Shown here: piece after piece, positions 58,264 to 64,000 of the stretch
Numbering within the stretch: position 1 is the stretch's first letter
Layout of the letters: every line of letters begins with the position of its first letter
Assembly: GCA_039804105.1 (NCBI GenBank)
Contig: JBDRZU010000001.1
Span: 864,001 to 928,000 of the forward strand
DNA: 64,000 nt
DNA from: a candidate division WOR-3 bacterium
Lineage (GTDB): Bacteria > Hydrothermota > 32-111
Reading direction: 5' to 3'
The notes under the pieces: generated by a model
Told to the model about the DNA's origin: nothing
The model's input: the letters and a program-made list of their open reading frames with translations, nothing else
The model's database searches: none
Translations under genes and position numbers: made by a program

Positions 58264-59795
58264 TATTTAAATGCTGAACCACCGACAAACTCTCTTAGAA
58301 CAGATGTTGGTGGTATTTTTTCAACAGAAATTTCTTTGAAAAAAGATAAAATAAAAAGTAATCTTTTTGCATCAAGATAAAATTCACTCTTTTCATCGAT
58401 TTCCTGTAATAAAGGTTTAGCAAAGTTCTTTAATACTGAAAGTTCATATAAAAGTGAAGAGTTGAAAAAGAAATCTGCACTCTCTTGGAAAGGGAAAATA
58501 TTTTTTTCTTCTCCGTCGCGAACATGTTTCCACATTTTAAGAGTATTTTCAGCAGTATGGTTTCGAAAAAGATAATCTCTGACAATTCTTCTTATCAACC
58601 TGTTATCGGTTGTTGAAATCCTGTGTGTGTTATCTATATTTATCTGGGTTAAAGCTGAAACATATATTTTCAGTTTCAAATCTTTTGGAATAGATTCGGT
58701 AAGTTTCTCATTCAATCCATGTATTCCCTCTATCACAAGAATCGAGTCCCTTCCCATCTTCAATTTTGTTCCATCTGCTAATCTTTTTCCAGTTTGAAAA
58801 TCAAATTTAGGGTTTATAATCTCTTCTCCCTCTATGAGAGCATTCAAATTTTTATTAAACAGTTCTAGATCTAAAGCTTCGATTGATTCAAAATCTTTTT
58901 TTCCATCCTTATCGAGTTTTATTTTATCGTTATCAAGGAAATAGTCATCGAGAGATATTCCAACAACTGAAAGTCCAAGAACTTTCAACTGTATGGATAA
59001 TCTTTTTAAAAAGGTCGTTTTCCCTGATGAGGAAGGTCCCGCTATAAGTATAATTTTCAGTTTTCCTCTCTTGGAATCAACATGGTTTGCTATTTCAACT
59101 ATCTTTTTTTCATGTAAAGCTTCACACACATACACAAGTTCAAATATCTCATCATTCTCTATCGAATCTCTGATATTTTTCACTGACCTCCATCCAAGCA
59201 CTTTTGCCCAATTTTCTGACTCGTTAAAAATTGCAAAAAGTTTTTTCTGATCCTTTTTAACATTTTCCTCAGAAAGATATGCAATAAATCCTGGTGGATA
59301 ATATTTAATAAAAGATCCCTTTAACAATGAGGTCGAATCAACTATGGGTGTGAAAAAAAATTCTTTCACATTGTTATATTCACACAAAAAACCACCAGAT
59401 ATTTCAGAATTAGTTAAAATATCAAACTTATCCTTATCATCTTTAAAAACTTTCAGAAGTTCATCTTTTGTTTTATATTTTGAAGAAAATTTTTCATTAT
59501 TCTCTATTCTTTTTTCAAGAACATCATTTATTCTGTTAATATCGTTCTCACAAAGTAAGGTTTCAGAAAAAACTTCACAATAGAGTCCACCATTTATCGT
59601 ATGTTCCACATTCAAAATTGCGTTTTTAAAATTTGAGGTTATGATATCTTTTAAAATTAAAATTAAACTGTTTTGAAGAACAAGTTTTCCATAAAAAGAA
59701 TCAGAATAAACAGGACTTTTTTCCTCATACGAAAAATTATCATCAAGAGGCATTAACTTATTTTTTCTTTCAAAACAAACTATTTTTTTCTCCAT
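58260..59795 (-). CDS. Nucleoside (uridine) kinase / PRK family protein with N-terminal ThrRS-like domain
   Basis: EALHEKKI, IAGPSSSGKTT, SLDDY, IEGIHGLN, RLIRRIVRD and GEEKNIFPFQ motifs. Confidence 0.88.
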   Translation of the reverse strand: MEKKIVCFERKNKLMPLDDNFSYEEKSPVYSDSFYGKLVLQNSLILILKDIITSNFKNAILNVEHTINGGLYCEVFSETLLCENDINRINDVLEKRIENNEKFSSKYKTKDELLKVFKDDKDKFDILTNSEISGGFLCEYNNVKEFFFTPIVDSTSLLKGSFIKYYPPGFIAYLSEENVKKDQKKLFAIFNESENWAKVLGWRSVKNIRDSIENDEIFELVYVCEALHEKKIVEIANHVDSKRGKLKIILIAGPSSSGKTTFLKRLSIQLKVLGLSVVGISLDDYFLDNDKIKLDKDGKKDFESIEALDLELFNKNLNALIEGEEIINPKFDFQTGKRLADGTKLKMGRDSILVIEGIHGLNEKLTESIPKDLKLKIYVSALTQINIDNTHRISTTDNRLIRRIVRDYLFRNHTAENTLKMWKHVRDGEEKNIFPFQESADFFFNSSLLYELSVLKNFAKPLLQEIDEKSEFYLDAKRLLFILSFFKEISVEKIPPTSVLREFVGGSAFKY

Positions 59796-59802
59796 ATTTT
59801 TT

Positions 59803-59874
59803 AGCTGGTGGGCGGATTTGAACCGCCGACCCGCGCTTTACGAAAGCGCTGCTCTACCACTGAGCCACACCAGC
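59803..59874 (-). tRNA. tRNA-Thr(CGT), CCA not encoded
   Basis: GCTGGTG acceptor stem, GCTCAGTGGTAGAGC D arm, GCGCT-TTCGTAA-AGCGC anticodon arm, GGCGG-TTCAAAT-CCGCC T arm. Confidence 0.97.
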
Positions 59875-59881
59875 AAAAATT

Positions 59882-62800
59882 TTATTTTATAAATAAAATT
59901 TTCCCAGTAAACTCTTCGTTCTTTTCGTTAATCAATTTTACAAACAAGATTTTGGATGATATTTTTTTACTTGAAAGATCTACCATGTATTTGTTGACTC
60001 CGTTATTTCCTATGATATCAACCGAGTAGAGTTGTCTACCTGTAATATCATAAATTTTCAGCTTTATTTTTTCGTTATCTTTCGAAGTAAACACAACACT
60101 TATTTTATTGTTTTTGAAACTATTTTCAATAGATAAAAGTTTGAATTCTCCGTCATTTTCTAAAGAAAGATCCTCTATGTTTAACTTTAGTTCAAAAAAG
60201 TCCATTATTCTTCTCAACCATCCTCTCTTTGAGTTGATCGAATCATTGTCAACAACATTTCCAAACTCAATTGAGGATGCAACGGTTCTATATTTGTCAT
60301 TTTTATATGAAACAACATAACCACTAAGACCATTGTAGAACACCCTTTTCGAGCCATTTATACTATCGATCAGATCATTGTACGATGTGGGAGTATAATT
60401 TAAAATCATCCCTTCACCAATTGTTCCACCTGTTCCATAATATATTGAAGGTGAAGTAGAAGTTCCATCACTTTTTGGATTTACATGGCACAAATAGTTA
60501 AAATTGAAAGCATTGTTGTATAAAGGATCCCAGTAGAATGCTTCACCACCTTCTATATAAAGTTTTATATTTCCATTATTCAAAAGAGAATCAATCATTA
60601 AGGCAACAGGATCATAAGATGGTATCACATAATTGTTCGGATATGACCCAAGTGTTAAAAACACATAATTATAATTTGTTAGATTTTGATATTCTATACT
60701 GTTTAAAAGATCTCCAGCATATCCCCATGATTTCAAAATTGAATCAATATAAAAACCACTGTTTGATGATTTTGCATAGTTGAGCACAAGATAATCTTTT
60801 TTGTTTATATATATAGTTTTAAAGAAAGTATCAGCAAAACCAAGTGTATCAGTATAAACAATTTTTAATCCAACTGTATAAAGTGTATCCAAAGGTAAAT
60901 CTTTAACATAACCTGTAAATCCACTAACAGAAAAAGTATCGTTACCATTTAAGTATGGTATATCAAAAGATTCAGGAATAATAGATAATTTGTTCGTATC
61001 ATTCGAAATAATTGAAATTTTTAATTTCCTGTCATTTTCATTTGAGTAGTTTTTCAATTTTACTCTTAGATCAACAGTATCGTTTGAAAATATAGATGTA
61101 TTTTTTGATATCACAAAAAGAGTTTCAATCTTTGTTTCCGGTGCATATATAAAAAATCTTTTCTTTGTATTCAGAGATGAATCACCTGAAAAGAATTTGA
61201 AACCTAAAGAATCGTAAGTTTTGTTTTTAACATTATCTCTTACTTTAAAGAGAATTGAGTTCAAAGAAAAACAACTATCTGATGGAAGAATCGTGTCTTT
61301 AAAGTTAAAGATATTAGAATAGAGTTTTACATTTCCTGTGAAAACAAAGACAGAACATGATAAAGATAATAGAGGTTGAAGACCATTGTTTTCAACCATT
61401 AAAGAAACATATCCAGAATCTGCTGAAGTAAAATTTCCATCTGGTTGATTGAAGTAGAACAGAGTATCTTTGATGATCAGTTTTTTTATATATGGATAAA
61501 ATGTTGAACTTGTGATCACAGAATAGGAACTATCCGGTTTATAATTATTTTTAAACGCATAAAATTTTATAGTATCTCCAGTTTCTCCAAAGAGATAAAA
61601 AGTAATTTTTCCGTTTTCATCAGTTATACCAACATCTATCAATGAATCGTGTAAGATATAAGAAACCTTAACATTTTTTACAGGCAACCCATTAGTTCTA
61701 TTATAAACAAAAAGATCAAAATCATAATTTGAAGATGGTATCGCTGAAAAAACATCTATATATAAGGAATCGTAGTTTGTATAAAATTCAAACGAAGGAT
61801 CACCAAGAAGGTTGTACTGCTCAAAATACCGTTTTCCAGTTGAAGGAAAAGTGTTTAAAACATTGAGTTTTGCAAAATAAATCAGATCTGAAACATTTGT
61901 ATAATTTGAATCGATGTAGTAATCAAAAAATTTTCTCTCCATGATGTCATCTTCATCCCAATATGAATAAACTGAAGAACCTAAATAGGCAATACTTTTT
62001 CCACTTTTTACCCATGTCTCTCCAAAACAATCTGAAGAGTAAGCATAGTTTCCAGTAAGACACGCATAACTTGAAACGAACGGTAACATATCACCATTTG
62101 TTAAACTTAATATATCTGATTGATAAAAAGTTGGGCCAGCCCATGATGTAACACTTCCATGTCCAGAATAGACAGCAAGAGATCTACCGCTATTTATCGC
62201 AGTTGAAATAGGTGTTCCCGTTTCATTGTAATAGAACAACGAATCTATAACCATCAAAGAATCTCTGAGTTTTTCCATAACATAAAGATGTGTTGATTCA
62301 GCAACCTGATGGAATGAAGCATCATCTGATGCCATAAAATATCCCTTTTTCGTCCAGTTGTTTGTATTATTAAAAAGAGAGTTTTGATAATTAATATTTC
62401 TTTCAACAATAACTTTTAAAGTACTCGTATCTGTTACAGAAAACCTTCCGATCCCAACATCAGGTAAAAAATCTATACCTTCAAGTGTAGTATAGTATAG
62501 ATCTGTTGGTGGGAAATCTGTTTCCGTGCCAATATAGTTAGGTATCAGATTAACATCACCAACAAGCAAAACATATTCAAGTGGAACAATTGAATTGTTA
62601 TAAACATTCAAAATACCATTTTTGATCTGTTCTTTCGTGTATCCAACAGTATCCAAAAGAAGTATTTCAGTATAAAATCCCTGTTTGTTTTTCAATTTTA
62701 TGAAATTTTGCAAGAATGGTTTCATCGTTGAATTTACAACAAAAAGGATTTTTCTTTTTAATGAACTTTTTTGAATTTCAGATTGTTTTATAATTTCTTT

Positions 62801-63355
62801 CAGTTCAAACTCAATATTCTCGTGATAAAAAAGTTTATTTTCTTTTCTATCGTAAACAATTGGATTAATTTCAACCTGATAAATATATTCATCTTTTCTT
62901 TTCCCCAAAAATTTTAAATCTATAATTTTATCAGGGAATTTTTCGTTTGAATTATAAAATTTTTCATCTATAAAAAATTGATTGTTGTTTTGAGATTTTA
63001 TCACAGGTTTTTGTAGAGGATATATACCCTTTTCAGGGATTTGTATATTTATAATTTTTTGCTGACCTATTTTTACATTTTTTAGATCAAGATTTTCATC
63101 TTTTGAAGAAATTAAAAATCTATATGATGGGAGTTCAGGATATCCATATTTTGATGTTTTAAAACCATTTTTTACATCAATTTTTAAAAATCCTTCCTTT
63201 AAAAAGTATTCAAAACTTTTAAGTTTTATAACATATTTGTTGTTTAGCTTTTCAACTTTGAACCCATCTTCAGAGGAACCATCAATTTTAAAAGTTTCCG
63301 AAAAAATCATCATTGAAAATAAAAAAATAAAAAAAATTGCAAAAAATTTTTTCAT
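59882..63355 (-). CDS. Gingipain-like C25 cysteine peptidase with propeptide and T9SS-like C-terminal domain
   Basis: Signal peptide; GYPELP propeptide; YVLLVGD, TDLYY, IGRFS, catalytic YSGHGS and YACLTG, YNLLGDP; tail IYDITGR...KILFIK. Confidence 0.92.
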   Translation of the reverse strand: MKKFFAIFFIFLFSMMIFSETFKIDGSSEDGFKVEKLNNKYVIKLKSFEYFLKEGFLKIDVKNGFKTSKYGYPELPSYRFLISSKDENLDLKNVKIGQQKIINIQIPEKGIYPLQKPVIKSQNNNQFFIDEKFYNSNEKFPDKIIDLKFLGKRKDEYIYQVEINPIVYDRKENKLFYHENIEFELKEIIKQSEIQKSSLKRKILFVVNSTMKPFLQNFIKLKNKQGFYTEILLLDTVGYTKEQIKNGILNVYNNSIVPLEYVLLVGDVNLIPNYIGTETDFPPTDLYYTTLEGIDFLPDVGIGRFSVTDTSTLKVIVERNINYQNSLFNNTNNWTKKGYFMASDDASFHQVAESTHLYVMEKLRDSLMVIDSLFYYNETGTPISTAINSGRSLAVYSGHGSVTSWAGPTFYQSDILSLTNGDMLPFVSSYACLTGNYAYSSDCFGETWVKSGKSIAYLGSSVYSYWDEDDIMERKFFDYYIDSNYTNVSDLIYFAKLNVLNTFPSTGKRYFEQYNLLGDPSFEFYTNYDSLYIDVFSAIPSSNYDFDLFVYNRTNGLPVKNVKVSYILHDSLIDVGITDENGKITFYLFGETGDTIKFYAFKNNYKPDSSYSVITSSTFYPYIKKLIIKDTLFYFNQPDGNFTSADSGYVSLMVENNGLQPLLSLSCSVFVFTGNVKLYSNIFNFKDTILPSDSCFSLNSILFKVRDNVKNKTYDSLGFKFFSGDSSLNTKKRFFIYAPETKIETLFVISKNTSIFSNDTVDLRVKLKNYSNENDRKLKISIISNDTNKLSIIPESFDIPYLNGNDTFSVSGFTGYVKDLPLDTLYTVGLKIVYTDTLGFADTFFKTIYINKKDYLVLNYAKSSNSGFYIDSILKSWGYAGDLLNSIEYQNLTNYNYVFLTLGSYPNNYVIPSYDPVALMIDSLLNNGNIKLYIEGGEAFYWDPLYNNAFNFNYLCHVNPKSDGTSTSPSIYYGTGGTIGEGMILNYTPTSYNDLIDSINGSKRVFYNGLSGYVVSYKNDKYRTVASSIEFGNVVDNDSINSKRGWLRRIMDFFELKLNIEDLSLENDGEFKLLSIENSFKNNKISVVFTSKDNEKIKLKIYDITGRQLYSVDIIGNNGVNKYMVDLSSKKISSKILFVKLINEKNEEFTGKILFIK

Positions 63356-63373
63356 TTATTCTCCTTTTTATTA

Positions 63374-63412
63374 AATATAGTTTATTAGTTTTTTTAGTCA
63401 ATACTATTGACT
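63374..63412. promoter_or_regulatory. Divergent promoter region with 17-bp palindrome
   Basis: Minus strand TTGACT(63401-63396)-16 nt-TATATT(63379-63374); palindrome AGTCAATA-C-TATTGACT at 63396-63412. Confidence 0.6.
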
Positions 63413-63454
63413 GTTAAAATCTATTGTAATATAACTTATTTAAAAGGAGGTGGA

Positions 63455-63967
63455 ATGAAATATTTGTTCCTATTAATGGTTCTTTCTTTAACTCTAATTT
63501 CATGCACGATAGGTCCTGTATACGTTTACAATTATCAGCCAGTAGTAAAGATACTTGCAGATACAACAGAGGTTACTTTCTTCGTACAGGATTTATCACC
63601 CGATGGTTGGTGGTCAGGAGATGGAGTAGATTCACTCAATTTCAAAATACTACTCTCTGAAATCAAAAAAGTAAAATCATATATAACTGATATTCAATTT
63701 AATATAGTAACAGAAACTTATGGCAACATTTTTGAAGATCGAATTTCTTTTTTAACTCCGATTGAATTATCCGGTTCAAAATCTGACACTTTAACATTGC
63801 CTTTATCAGTTAACGAACGAAACGCTTATTATACCGATATCTCTGATGGAATAAACGATAATGTCGGAAAGGCAGCAATCATTATAAAAGCTATATACTA
63901 TGATGAATTTGGAAACATTTATGAATCACTTCCTTTCTATCTACCAATCAAAGTAATAAAACCATGA
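63455..63967 (+). CDS. Hypothetical lipoprotein (start moved to 63455)
   Basis: AAGGAGGT SD; MKYLFLLMVLSLTLISC lipobox. Confidence 0.75.
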   Translation: MKYLFLLMVLSLTLISCTIGPVYVYNYQPVVKILADTTEVTFFVQDLSPDGWWSGDGVDSLNFKILLSEIKKVKSYITDIQFNIVTETYGNIFEDRISFLTPIELSGSKSDTLTLPLSVNERNAYYTDISDGINDNVGKAAIIIKAIYYDEFGNIYESLPFYLPIKVIKP

Positions 63968-63975
63968 GGTGAATT

Positions 63976-64000
63976 ATGAAAAAATTATCTTATATTTTAT
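63976..64000 (+). CDS. 5' end of a gene truncated by the window edge (MKKLSYIL...)
   Basis: GAGGTG SD then ATG; signal-peptide-like start. Confidence 0.5.

Noticed and set aside
59803..59874. tRNA as integration site of an island
   Set aside because: No integrase, and I found no duplicated tRNA 3' end in the window.
59808..60029. 73-aa plus-strand ORF
   Set aside because: It is antisense to tRNA-Thr and to the end of the C25 peptidase gene; the GGFEPPT start is a typical tRNA shadow translation.
744..60783. Numerous short antisense or nested ORFs in the ORF track (e.g. 744-1130, 4128-4715, 24244-24696, 29459-29824, 30945-31409, 53095-53424)
   Set aside because: They overlap well-supported genes, lack SD sequences and motifs, and have shadow-ORF composition.
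1..64000. Alternative genetic code or stop-codon readthrough
   Set aside because: Conserved genes translate full-length with the standard code, and TAA, TAG and TGA all occur at sensible gene ends.

Overview
A very AT-rich, gene-dense bacterial chromosome segment using the standard genetic code. I see no prophage, IS element, CRISPR array or rRNA. Gene content (TolC, C25 peptidases with T9SS-like C-terminal tails, non-Cys Thi4, ThiD2-ThiE) suggests an anaerobic diderm allied to the FCB group (WOR-3/TA06-like); this taxonomy is inference. Left to right: the ftsA 3' end and ftsZ; a ~16.6 kb minus-strand run of mostly overlapping genes (secreted protein, GT4, CTD-bearing propeller-like protein, PorU-like C25 peptidase, PorV-like barrel, holA, CdvA-like coiled-coil/Zn-ribbon protein, Wzx, GT2, Wzy-like protein, GT-B protein, GT4); a plus-strand run of TPR-TPR-hypothetical-pyrR-pyrB-pyrC-divergent class III nucleotidyl cyclase; rpmE and rho; an orphan MCP; an OM-protein/FecR-like cluster and a GNAT; a ~3135-aa secreted protein with ~32 tandem Ig-like Asp-box repeats; a rubredoxin-cupin fusion, two small Cys/Gly-zipper proteins and an SGNH protein; a TPP riboswitch with thi4-thiE-thiC; tetR-tolC-MFP-RND; a Zn-ribbon protein with a 129-bp tandem repeat; a nucleoside kinase, tRNA-Thr(CGT), a gingipain-like C25 peptidase and a lipoprotein. 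The best candidates for novelty are (1) a porU-porV-like attachment module coupled to a glycan-synthesis locus, with sequon-rich CTD cargo, (2) the cyclase coupled to pyrC, (3) an apparent ACG start for thiE, (4) the CdvA-like protein, and (5) a recurring 16-bp promoter spacer with several leaderless genes. All family calls come from motifs recognised by eye; no searches were run.
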